This document shows positions 25,801-40,400 of a stretch of DNA of 64,000 bases, piece by piece. The notes beneath the pieces are model-generated. The model did no database searches. It was not told the origin of the DNA and was given only the letters and a program-made list of their open reading frames with translations. The first letter of the stretch is position 1. Each line of letters begins with the position of its first letter. The translations under genes and the position numbers were made by a program. The stretch comes from Balamuthia mandrillaris (Eukaryota). Location: the NCBI GenBank assembly GCA_031835245.2, contig JAVKOQ020000070.1:62001-126000 (forward strand), written 5' to 3'.

Positions 25801-25917
25801 ATAGCGTGCCAAAATTTTTCCAAGTAAAAATTGTTGGCGTGCCTCGTGTAAGCTGGCCGGCCAGAGGTAGCAAAAGCAAAGGTTTAAACCTGGAGGATCT
25901 CAACGAGCAGGGCTGTC

Positions 25918-27183
25918 ATGGAAGCTACGCCAGCTCTTTTCTCTCCTCTACGGAACGACTTGAAACGAAAACATAGCCTCAGACAAACGGAGAAGAGTGC
26001 AGCAAAGCAAGACAACAATGATCATCATGAACAACATCAACAAGAGGAAAAACTGCTGAGAGAGAAAACTAAGAAATGCAAGACAGAAAGGGTGGCTTCC
26101 TCCACAGCGTGGATGTCCGAGCAACACAGCGGCAACGATGGTATCGTAGGTACACGAAGCACGTTCTGCTGGGAAGAGACTTTGCCGGATGAAGTGCTGT
26201 GCCACATCTTGCAAATGCTGCCCGACGACAATGTGGCTCCGGCTGCGCGGACCTGCCGCCGATGGTATGCCTGCAGCCCCCCTCACTCTCGACAGCGGTT
26301 GTCCATGAAATGGGCTTGCATATCACTAGCGGAGCATGGAAATTTGGAAGGTTTGAAGTGGGCCAGAGAGAACGGCTGTCCTTGGCACCCTTCAACTTGT
26401 GCTGTTGCTGCTAAAGGAGGACATTTAGAGGTGCTGAAATGGGCCAGGGAGAATGGATGTCCTTGGGACGAGGAAACACCTGCCATGGCCGCCGAGAATG
26501 GTCATTTGGAGGTGCTAAGATGGGCCAGAGAGAACAAGTGTCGTTGGAACAGCAAAACGCTTGCCAAGGCTGCCGAGAACGGGCATTTGAAAGTGTTACA
26601 ATGGCTGAGATGCAATGGATATCCTTGGAACCGGGTTATTTGTGCCAAAGCAGCAAAAGGAGGCCATTTGGAGGTGCTGAAGTGGGCGAGAGAGAACGGC
26701 TGCCCTTGGGACGAGTGGACTTGCGAGGAAGCTGCGAAAAATGGTCAGTTGGCAGTGCTGAAGTGGGCCAGAGAGAACGGCTGTCCTTGGGACAAAGAAA
26801 CTCTTGGCGAAGCTGCCGGGCAGGGCCATTTGGAAGTGGCGAAATGGCTGAGAGAAAACGGCTGCCCTTGGAACGAGCAGACGTGCGCCAGAGCAGCGTT
26901 TGGTGGCCGTCTAGAAGTACTTAAATGGCTGAGAGAAAACGGATGCCCTTGGGATGGCAACACAACCACTTGGGCAGCAAAGAACGGCAAGTTGGAGGTG
27001 TTGCAGTGGGCCCATGAAAATGGATGCCCTGTCACTTCGCTTACCTTCCAGCGCGCTGCCGAATGGGGCCAGTTTGGAGTGCTCAAATGGTTGCGAGAAG
27101 TCGGGTGCCCTGAATGCCCTCTTCCGCAGGAGTTTAGCATCCGGCTGGACAGCTTCATCCAAACGTTCAAACCACTGAACTAA
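25918..27183 (+). CDS. F-box plus ankyrin-like 25-aa repeat protein (Pandoravirus/amoeba 'CPW' family), intronless
   Basis: F-box LPDEVLCHILQML...ARTCRRW followed by about 11 repeats of AAxxGHLEVLKWARENGCPW. Confidence 0.9.
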   Translation: MEATPALFSPLRNDLKRKHSLRQTEKSAAKQDNNDHHEQHQQEEKLLREKTKKCKTERVASSTAWMSEQHSGNDGIVGTRSTFCWEETLPDEVLCHILQMLPDDNVAPAARTCRRWYACSPPHSRQRLSMKWACISLAEHGNLEGLKWARENGCPWHPSTCAVAAKGGHLEVLKWARENGCPWDEETPAMAAENGHLEVLRWARENKCRWNSKTLAKAAENGHLKVLQWLRCNGYPWNRVICAKAAKGGHLEVLKWARENGCPWDEWTCEEAAKNGQLAVLKWARENGCPWDKETLGEAAGQGHLEVAKWLRENGCPWNEQTCARAAFGGRLEVLKWLRENGCPWDGNTTTWAAKNGKLEVLQWAHENGCPVTSLTFQRAAEWGQFGVLKWLREVGCPECPLPQEFSIRLDSFIQTFKPLN

Positions 27184-27221
27184 CAACCAATAAAGAGTCC
27201 AACAGAGTTTTTTTTCTTCTT

Positions 27222-29810
27222 TCAATTGGCACGAGCGATCTCCTTGCGTGGAGGTTGACCAAGTACAGTTCCACCCTTTGAAGAAGGAGAAGATGATGGT
27301 GGTGACGAAGAAGAAGAAGCAGAGGAAAAGAAGAACATGTCCCAAAACTCGCTTTGCTCTCTGGAGGAGTGATGGGAGCCACCGCCCAGCAGAGAGTCGC
27401 TGCCGTCATCGCCGAGAGCAAAAGGATTGTCCTCCAATCGAAGCCGCACCGTTTGCAGTAGCTCCCTCTGTTCTCGTTCTCTTTGCTCTTGAAGCTTGGC
27501 TTGCCGCTTCTTTCGACGGGCTCGCCGCTTGGCGGCGGTGGATCTCTTCGACGCACCAGCTGTCCCTGCAACTTTTCCCGTTGGATGTTCAGGTTCTTCA
27601 TCATCTTCGTCGTCCTCTCCGTCTTCATCTACATAGCCAGAGACCTGCTCTAAGCCATACTTGCGACGAAGCGTGTCCCACACGTCTTGATCTTGCTTGC
27701 GGCGACGAGGTGTTTGAACCGGGCTTAACTTTTCTTCCTTCTTCGTTGTTTCTACCTCTTCGTTTCGGCTTTCTTCCTTCTTCAGCTGGCAATCCGTGCC
27801 ACTGAGAGTCGATGCTGCTTTTGATTCTCCTTCCCCTTCTCCCTGCTTCCTGTTGTTGCTTTGCTGTTGATTTTCCTCCTCTTCCGCCATCATCAGCGAA
27901 TAATGAATAAGATGGAAGTTTTGAGACTTGGGGCGGTAAAGCAAAGATCCTCGCGAGGCTGGAGTTAACAACCGCTTCAATGCTGACAACGACTCTTGAG
28001 ATGGTTCCGCTCCTTCCTCTGATGAAGATGACTGCTGTAGCGAACGAGGACTGAGCCTAGCTCTGCTTCCACCGATCCCTCCTCCCGTCTCCATTCTTCT
28101 CTTTTGTTGTCTGTCTTCTTTGATGAGGTCGGCAAAGCTCCAAACTCCGCTGCCCGTTTCGCTAGCGATAGGTTCTTGTTCTGAATCTTTCCTCGCTGCT
28201 GTTTTGTTGTGCTCTGAGGAATGGTTGAAAAGGGCTTCTTCCTCGGCATCCATTTGTTGTCTGGCTTTCTCGGCTTTGTCTCTCATCTCGTTCAAGTGAT
28301 CCAGTTCTTTCTGTACACTCTCTGTCCATTCGTTCTTATATTTGATTGCATCACTTTCGTTTAAAACAACAAACATGAGAGAACTAATAAGCAAAAGATA
28401 ATGATAACAAACAAAATTACAAGAAACGACAAGAAAGAACGGGCAAGGAGAGAGAACAAACCGTCGCAACCGAATAACCATATCTTCCATTACCATGAAA
28501 TCGCTCGCCCGCTTCAAGATCTCCGTACAAAAAGCATAATGAAAGGCAATCTCCTGCTCCAACTTGGCCAGCTCCTCCATCTGCACTCTTATCTTGGCCA
28601 CCAAGTCCCTCTTGGCCTCCTGAGAGAGGCCCTTGATCTGCTCCGCCCGCTGGCGACTGCCAAAGAGCTCCAGCAGCTGCTGCTCGCTCTTGCTCTCCCA
28701 AGTGACCTGATGCAGGCCCTCCTTGCCCAGGACCTGTCGCTTGGCCCCGCTGATCAGCACCTTTTGCTCGTTGCGGATGCGCAGCTTGCGTTGCAGCTTC
28801 TTCAGCTGGTCGGCTATTTGCGGATCAAGCAGGTTTCGTTTGGCCCATTCGATATCCTCCTCCTCGTTCCTTCTGTTCTTGCCTCGAAACTTTTGCAGGT
28901 AATAGTCTGACTTTTGCCTTTCTTCTCTCGTGGCTGTTTGTTGTCCTTCTTCTTCTCCTTCTTCTTCAGGTAGCTCTTCGAAGAGGAAGAGGCGATAAAT
29001 GTCGTGATAGTACTTGTACAGCGGGCGATAGAGGGCGGCGTAGCTCTTGTCGGCGTTCCCCTCCAACGCCTTCTTGTAGACGTCCTTGAAGCAGAGGTCC
29101 CGGCGGATGATCTCCTTGATGCGTTGCTTGCGGTTCTCCCGCACGGTGATGGCCTGTTGGGCGATGGCCTCGGCCAGCGTTTGGGAGAGCTCCAGCTTGG
29201 TGACGGATTGAGGGGAGGACACCTCGGAGACCTTGGTTGGAGATTGAGAAGAAGAGGAAGAGAGAGAAGAAGCAGAGAGGGAAGAAGACAGAGCGGGTGT
29301 TATGCTGTTTGGTCGTGGTGAGGTTACTTCGGTTGCATCACGCTGCTCAAGAAAAATCCATTTTTAATGATTTTGCCAAACATTAAGGAGAAAAGATGAA
29401 CGAAGAACGAAGAAGAAAGAAGAACAACTAAGAAAGAAGAACAGAGAGAGAGAGAGAGAGAGAGAGAGACGAGAGAGGCGAGAGAGAAAAGATTGAAAGG
29501 TTAAAACAAAATAAGCAAAAAGTTCGAACCCTTCTTGTTTCTCTGTGGGAGCCGCCAGTGCCAGCGGCAGCAGCCTTGGTCCTTTTGAACATGGGAGGAA
29601 GCAACGGGGCAGCGGTGTGAGGGTGTATCGGGCGCAAAAGGCTTCTGCTTTTTGTGTGTGTGCGTGCGTAAGTAGGCCTTTAATTTATGATTCGTTTTAT
29701 TGCCGTCTCACGAGAGACCCAAAGCCAAAGGCAAAGAAAGCACCACGGCGAGCAGGGGAGGCATGCGGAGGACACCAACCAGCGGCGAGCAGCGATGTGC
29801 ACCGATGCAT
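27222..29810 (-). CDS. Large hypothetical charged/coiled-coil protein; 5' exons uncertain
   Basis: 666-aa open frame (27222-29222) with one apparent in-frame intron; probable upstream exons near 29330-29380, 29530-29640 and 29710-29810. Confidence 0.5.
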
Positions 29811-30079
29811 CGCCGTCCTTTTGCTGCAAGAGCTTCGGAGTGGGTACAGCAAATGTGCGTGTGCGTGTGTGTGTTTTTTTAACACAACAAAAAAGGGGGG
29901 TTTGGGCGGGAGCGGACAACAACAACAACAAGTCATTGACTGAGCAGGAGGAAGAATAGAAGGCAGGCAGCCTTCATTTGACCAAGCAACGCCGCCTCTT
30001 CGGCAGGGCTGCCGCCTTCTATTCTGCCGCCTGCTTTGCTATCTTGTTGTCTATGGAGAGAGAGAGAGAGAGAGAAAAG

Positions 30080-30138
<59 letters not shown>

Positions 30139-30221
30139 GATAAAAGAAAACAGCCCGCCTATCTAATTATTTCTTTATGAGCAGGAATTCCTTTATCGTG
30201 TCTTCCTTTTGTGCTTTTGCT

Positions 30222-33621
<3,400 letters not shown>

Positions 33622-33939
33622 GTTGCTTTTTATAATAACAAAAAAGTTTTGGAAGGTCAAGAGCAAAAGCCTTTAGCTGCTACGGCGAAAGGCAAAAGCC
33701 AAAATCAACAATTTCAAATCTTTCTCCTAGGACATATTAATATCAAACATAAAAATCTCCCATTGGAAATCGGAGAATTTAAACTCTGTTAATAAATTCC
33801 CGATAATCATGTAGACAAATACTGTCGACATCTGACCTCAGCTGCGTGGAACAATGCTGCCTGCAGGTAGACATGGAACCAAGAATAACACGTCACGCTA
33901 TGTATTTTCCCACAAAGCCCCTTACTTACTTACTTATGT

Positions 33940-34190
33940 CCACCCTCTGGTGCTACAGGTGCTGCCAAACAGAACTTCGGATGTATGGTCACTAAGGAAG
34001 CACAATTACAGGGGCGCAATGAAATGGCCTCCGGAGAGGCTTTGAGTCTCGTTGTGCTTCACTCGGAGGGCGTGGTTCTGTTCTTCCTTGATTCGGCTGT
34101 TCTGTATCAACCAAAACTCCCTAGTAGACCCGACGGCAGCAACAGCGTCTACCAACGGGAGGAAGAGGGATGAGCATGCTTCCTGTTTTC
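33940..34190 (+). ncRNA. Candidate structured non-coding RNA upstream of TEP1 (unverified)
   Basis: Nested stems seen by eye: 33940-33952/34060-34075, GAAGCACAAT/GTTGTGCTTC (33997-34006/34051-34060), TTCTTCC/GGAAGAG, TTGAT/ATCAA, CTCCC/GGGAG, GTAGAC/GTCTAC; ends in TTTT; no credible ORF. Confidence 0.25.
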
Positions 34191-34494
34191 TGTCGACACG
34201 CAAAGATCCAAAAAAAGATTTCCGAAAAAATTCTCAAAACCCCTCAAGCATGCTTTGATTATTTTTTTTCGTTACCTGAAAAAAAAGTTGACGAGAAAGA
34301 AAAGAGCTCCATTCATTGCATAGAAACAGAGAGAGTGTAGTATTGTTTTTAAAAAAAAAACACAACCAAACTCTTTAACACAGTGCTTTCTTCGTGCGAT
34401 CCCTTTTACCTGCTTCATCTCGGAAGAGTAACCTTGCAAAAAAAAAATTGTTTTTTTTTAAAACCTCAGCGAAAACAAACGATAAAACAAAAAT

Positions 34495-37400
34495 ATGCAA
34501 GGTTTGCCTGAGCCAAAGGAGAAAGGGATGACCTCCATGGAGGAGGTGATCGAGCTCAAGAAACAGCTGGTGAACACCGTCTGTGCGTGTATGATAGCCG
34601 AACCTCGTTTCGACCAACAACCCTCCCCAGCCAGCGACCCTGCCGCTGCCGCTGAAGGAAGCGGAGGAGAGGCCTCGTCCTCCGTTCCCAGCACCGCCCT
34701 CGTCATCGTGCAACTGGTGGAGCAAGTGGCCCAAGCCGACCCCGAGTTCATCCTCAAGCTGGCCCTCTACGTGCGCCAGGACCTCAACATCCGCTCCACG
34801 GCCAACTTCCTGCTGGCGCTGGCGGCCAACCTGCCGCCTTGCTCCCCCTTCCTCAAGAAGTACTTTCGCCATGTCATCCGCCTGCCCTCCGACTGGCTGG
34901 ACGTGGCCGCCCTCTACCAGCTCCTCCCCAACCGAGGGCTGCAGGGGCGCGCCCTGCCGACCGCCCTCCGCAAGGCCATGCGCCACAAGTTCTCCGACTT
35001 TGACTTTTACCAGCTGGGCAAGTACAACAAGGCCGGCAAGCTCAAGCGCATGAAGCGCAAGGCCAAGAGGCAGGCCCTTATTGCCGCGCGTGGGGGAGGA
35101 GCTGCTGCAGGAGGCCGTGGGGGAAGAGGAGGAAGAGGAGGAAGAGGAGGAAGGGGTGGAAGAGGAGGTGGAGGAAGAGGGGGTGGCGCTGGTGGTGATG
35201 GAGGCAAGACCCAACTCACCATCAAGCAAATGATCAGGCAGTTGCACATCTCAGAGCCGGTGGAGCCCGTCATGTGCGTGCTAGGGAAGAAGTATCCTCG
35301 CGATGAGAACGAGTTTCTCAATAGCCACCTGCCTGGCATGTTCGACTCTAGCAAGGCCGGCAAGCGCATGAAGCTGCCCGTACCCGAGACCTGGGAGACC
35401 CTCCTCTCTGCCAAGGGCAACAAGGCTGAGACCTGGGAGGAGCTCATCGACCACAAGAAGCTGCCCTTCATGGCCATGCTGCGTAACCTCCGTAACCTCA
35501 TCCTAACTGGTGTGGATTATCGCTGCCATCGCTGGGCCATGAACAAGCTCTGCAACGAGCGAGCTGTAGCTCAGAGCAGACAGTTCCCCTTCCGTTTCTT
35601 CTCTGCCTATGAGGCCATCAACGTGGACATTGAGTCCCTCCGTCAGGAAGTTAAACAGGCCAAGCAAGCTGTACGCAGCGGCCAGGACCCTACCACTCTG
35701 CGTAGGAAGAGAGAGCCTAAAGCCAAGCGACAGCAAAGCGAAGAACAGCAGGATCGTCGTCCCAAGAAGCTGATCATCCCTAAGAACATGCCCGACGAGG
35801 CCCTCATCAAGAAGTACAAGGAAGCCCTGGATACGGCCGTCAAGTACGCCACCGTCCATAACGTGAAGCCTATTCGTGGCAGCACAGTTGTGTTTTGCAG
35901 CGTGGCAGCCTCCATGAGAGACAACTGCAAGACAGCCAAGGGCATGGGAAGCGTTCGTACCTTGATGGACGTGGGTATACTCCTCGGCCTCATGTGTAAG
36001 TACATGTGCGAGGAGTGTGAGTTTAGGCTGTTTAGCAGCCCTGGCAGCGGCCGTGGTGCTTCTGCTCAGTGCCATGTTCCAGTGAACCTTAAGGACGGTA
36101 CCATCCTTCATAATATGGAGAGCGCGTTGCAGGTTGCTCTCTCAGGACAGTTGGGTGACGGCACTGACTTTCCTTATGACTACCTCGAGGACCTCATTCG
36201 TGACCGTCAACGCATCGACAACTTCATCGTCCTCTCCAACACCATGATCGCTCCTGGATTCGACGAAAGGAGGTCCTCCCATCACCCTGGCGGCATTGGC
36301 AGCATCCTCTCCAAGTATCGTCAGGAAGTCAATCCCGACTTGCTCTTCGTTAGCGTAAACCTGGATGGCAACAAGGTGGTCATGCGCGACACCTCCAGCG
36401 GCGATCAGCATCCCAATGATGTGCTTATTACCGGTTTCAGCGATGCCATTCTCAAGTACATCGCTGAGAGAGGAGACAACAATCAGCTTCATTACATCGA
36501 GCACATCGATGAAGCTAAACATATCCAGTCTCCTCTCTCTAAGGCTGAAATCCAAAAGTTGAAGAACAGCAACAGCAGTTCTCTGCTCTCCACTTCTTCT
36601 TACTCCAGCCCTTTCAAGCGTTCTACCACTGCCTCCAAGCTCAAGTCACGACGCAGCCTCTTTGGCATGAAGAAGAGGACCACAGGAGGTTTTCTGGGAA
36701 GTGGTGGAAGTGCTCTTTCTTTTGGCAGTGGTCTCAGCGCGTTCTCTCAAGATGACGATGATGACGGCCCATTTGCTAAAGACAAGAAGAAGCAAAGCTC
36801 CGCTGCCTCCTCCAATGCTGCTTCTACACTGTCTCAAGAGGCTTCCCAGAAACTGGAAAGAGAGGCCGAGAAAGAAGAGAAGGAGAAGCTGCAAAAGAAA
36901 CTGGACCAAATGAGAACAGGCAAATGGAGAGAGGCCCGAGTCTTCGTTTCCTCCACCTTCCGCGACATGCACGGCGAACGTGACTATCTCGTCCGTTATG
37001 TCTTCCCGGAGCTCAGGGAGAGGTGTCGCCGCCGACGCATCAACTTCTACGACGTGGACTTGCGTTGGGGTCTTACCCAGCACGAAGCGGAAGAGGGCGG
37101 CTCCCTGGAGATCTGTCTCAACGAGGTGGACCGTTGCCGACCCTTCTTCTTGGGCATTCTTGGCGACCGTTACGGTTGGGTGCCCTCGGACTACAAGTTG
37201 AACGAGAGCGAGTCGGATCCTAAGTACTTGTGGCTAAAGAACTACCCTAAGGGCCGTTCCATTACAGAGTTGGAAATGTATTATGGTGCTTTGAAGCATC
37301 CAGAGGATAGCCACTGCCTCTTTTACATGAGGAACTCTGATTTCCTCTCCCAGATAGAGGACGAGAAGGACAAAGAGGTCTTTGAGTCTGAGTCCAAGTC

Positions 37401-40400
37401 GGCCGCTGACAAGCAAGCGGAACTCAAGCGACTTATCCGTGAGAGCCTCGGTAGCCGCCGTTCTGCTTCATCTTCCTCTTCTGCGGTGGTGAGCGACTAT
37501 TCCTGCTCTTGGGGAGGTAAAGTGGAGGGCAAGCCCATGACCACTGGTCTGGAACGTTTTGGAGAGGCGGTGCTGCGCGACCTCTGGAACGCCATCTGCA
37601 AGGCCTTCCCGCATGACCCCGTTCCTCGCTCTCCTCTCCTGATCTCCAGGGAGTACCACCTCTCCTTCATGGCCTCCAGAGCTAAGGGCTTCGTTGGTCG
37701 AGAGGACATTCTCAAGAAGCTCTACGCCTTTGTTCGAGGAGAGGAGGCTGGCCCATTGGTCATCACGGGCGAGCCTGGTGTGGGCAAATCCGCACTCATT
37801 GCCAAGTTTGCTCAGGACTGCGCCGAGAAGCATGGCAGTTCCGACGGTTACTGTGTGTTGGCCCACTTTGTGGGAGCCTCTCCTGACAGCGTTCATATCC
37901 GTCATACCCTCTATCGGCTCTGTCATGAGCTGAGGGAACGTTTTGACCTGAACGAGGCCGTGCCGGAAGAGTACAAGGAGCTTCGCTTGGCGTTCCCTAA
38001 GTTCCTAGAACTGGCCTCCTTTGCCCTGACCAAGAAGACGATGAAACATGGAGGGAAGATTGTGCTCATTATTGATGCCCTTAACCAACTGGAAGAGAAG
38101 GAGAGGGCTCACAGCCTGGATTGGCTTCCTGCCCTCAACAACAGCCACACCATCAGCAGGGTTCGCATCATTCTCAGCACTTACGCCCAGTCCCGCACCC
38201 ATGACGTGCTTCGCTTCCGCAAGCCTCCTCCCACGGAGTTCAACCTGGACGTGCTGGAGGAGAGGCACGCAAAGGAGTTGGTGCGAACCACCCTTTCCGA
38301 GTTCAGAAAGAAGCTGGACGAAAGCCCTGGCAACAACCAGATGCGTCTTCTTTTGCGCAAGATGGAGGCCACCAAGCCCTTGTACCTTGTGGTGGCCTGT
38401 GAGGAGCTACGAGTGTTTGGCTTGTTCGAGGCCCTGACACAGAAGATCAAAGACATGGGTTCCACCGTTGCTAAGCTCTTTGAGGAGGTGTTGCACCGCT
38501 TGGAGGTTCATCAGGACCCGCACTTGCTGAAAGTCACCCTCTGCCTTATCCATTGCAGCCGAGGAGGCATCATGGAACGAGAGTTGCTACATGTGTTGGC
38601 CACACAGCCCCGTTCTGTAAAGAAGATCACCGCAAGTGCCTCTTCCTCCTCTTCTGCGTTCGGCAAGTCTTCGTCTTTCGGAAGCAGCCTTGGTTCTTTC
38701 TCAAGTTCATTGGATAGTTTTGGCTCGTTTGATGCTTTTGACTCATTTGGCAGCTCCTTCTCTTCGTCCGCCTCTTCCTCTTCTTCCTTTGGTTCATCTT
38801 CTAGCTTCAAGTACACTCCTTCCTCACGCTTCGGAACAAAGTCTCGTTACTCCACATCCTCAGTTGACAAAGATAAGGAGAAGGAAGCTGAGGAGCAAGA
38901 GAAGGCTAAGGAGAAGGAAAGACTACGAAAGGCTCAGGAAGAAGCCCGACAAAAGCTGAAAGCGAGGGAGGAAGCCCTGAAGCCTCCCACAAGGAAGGAG
39001 CTCCCTCAGGGCATCTGGTCTCCCCTCGTCTCCAGCTTGCAGCCCTTCCTTCGACCACTGGATGACAGCGGAGAGGGCCGTCTCACTTTCTTCCACGCTC
39101 AAATGGGCTTTGCTGTCCAGAAGAAGTTCTTTGTGCTGCGCAGCCAGGAAGTAGCCATGCACAAGCTCCTCGCCGAGTACTTCCTCGGCCATGCCAAAGT
39201 TGGCTACTACCACCAACTCACTGCTGCCACTGCCAAAGCTGCTCTCTTGGCTGGCCCAGAGGAAGACATTGTGAGAGAGGAAGGAAATGGAAGCAATGGA
39301 GAAATTCGTATCGGACGATGGAGGTGCAATCCTAATGATAGCACTAGCCTTCGCAGCATTTCAGAGCTGCCCTACCATCTCTGTCGGGCGGAGATGTGGA
39401 GTGAGTTGGAGGAGACTCTCACTGACCTTTCCTACGTGGAGCTCAAGTGCAGGCTGGGCATGACCTTTGACCTCATCACCGACTTGACGGAGGCTGTTTC
39501 CAGCGCGCAGGGCAAGAGGTGGGACTCCAAGCCACTCAAACTGTCGAGCGAGGATCAGGCTGCTCAACAATCCGCGTCCAATAACAACGACTCCTTGTTT
39601 GGTGGTTTCGGAGGAAGCTCTTTCTCTTCTTCCTCTTCTTCAGAGCAACAAGCGGAAGGATTGAAGCGATTGAAGGAGTTCAAGCGCTTTGTCAGCTCGG
39701 ATGCCCACATCTTGGCCATGCGACCTGAACTGACCTTCCAACAGGCTGCCAACCAGCCAGAAGGCTCCTTTCCTTGTCTCAAAGCCAAGGAACTGCAATG
39801 GCTCCGCAAGATCACACAAGCTGCTCGCAGACCACTTCTCTCTTCCCTTCCTTCTTCTTCTGCTTCTAATGCGGCATGGCTGCAATGGCTCAACAAACCT
39901 CAAAACCAGAGCGCCTGTCTCATGACCATGAGCGGCAATACTGAAGCAGCCATGGCCTGCGCCTTCTCTCCTGATGGCAGTGAGATCGTGGTGGCCTCTC
40001 GTGACCAGACCCTCCGCATCTGCGATGCCATCAGCGGCCAGGAGAAAGCCACCCTGGCCGGCCACACCAACTGGGTAGTGGCTTGTGCCTACTCTCCCGA
40101 CGGCCGCAACATCGTCTCTGCCTCGTGGGATCAGACTTTGAAGGTGTGGGACGCAAGAGCTGGAGTGGAGGTGGCCACGCTCTCTGGTCACACTCGTAGG
40201 GTCAACGCCTGTGCCTACTCCCAGGATGGCCAGTACATTGCCTCTGGCTCTTGGGATTGTTCCGTCAAGATATGGTCGGCGGCAACGGGCAAGCAAGTCA
40301 AGACTCTCACCGGACACAGCAAGCCCGTCAACGCTGTGGCCTTCTCACCTGATGGCAGGCGCTTGGTCTCTGCTTCCTGGGATTGCACCATCAAGCTGTG

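Noticed and set aside
26330..27110. Regular 75-nt repeats as a CRISPR-like array
   Set aside because: In-frame protein-coding ankyrin repeats with no unique spacers; eukaryotic context and no cas genes
29520..29532. GTTCGAACCC B-box-like sequence
   Set aside because: Coincides with a probable minus-strand splice donor; no other Pol III features
33915..33940. (CTTA)4 as a telomerase template or U1 snRNA 5' end
   Set aside because: No 1.5x copy of a known telomere repeat complement (e.g. CTAACCCTA) and no ACTTACCTG; kept only as part of the generic ncRNA candidate
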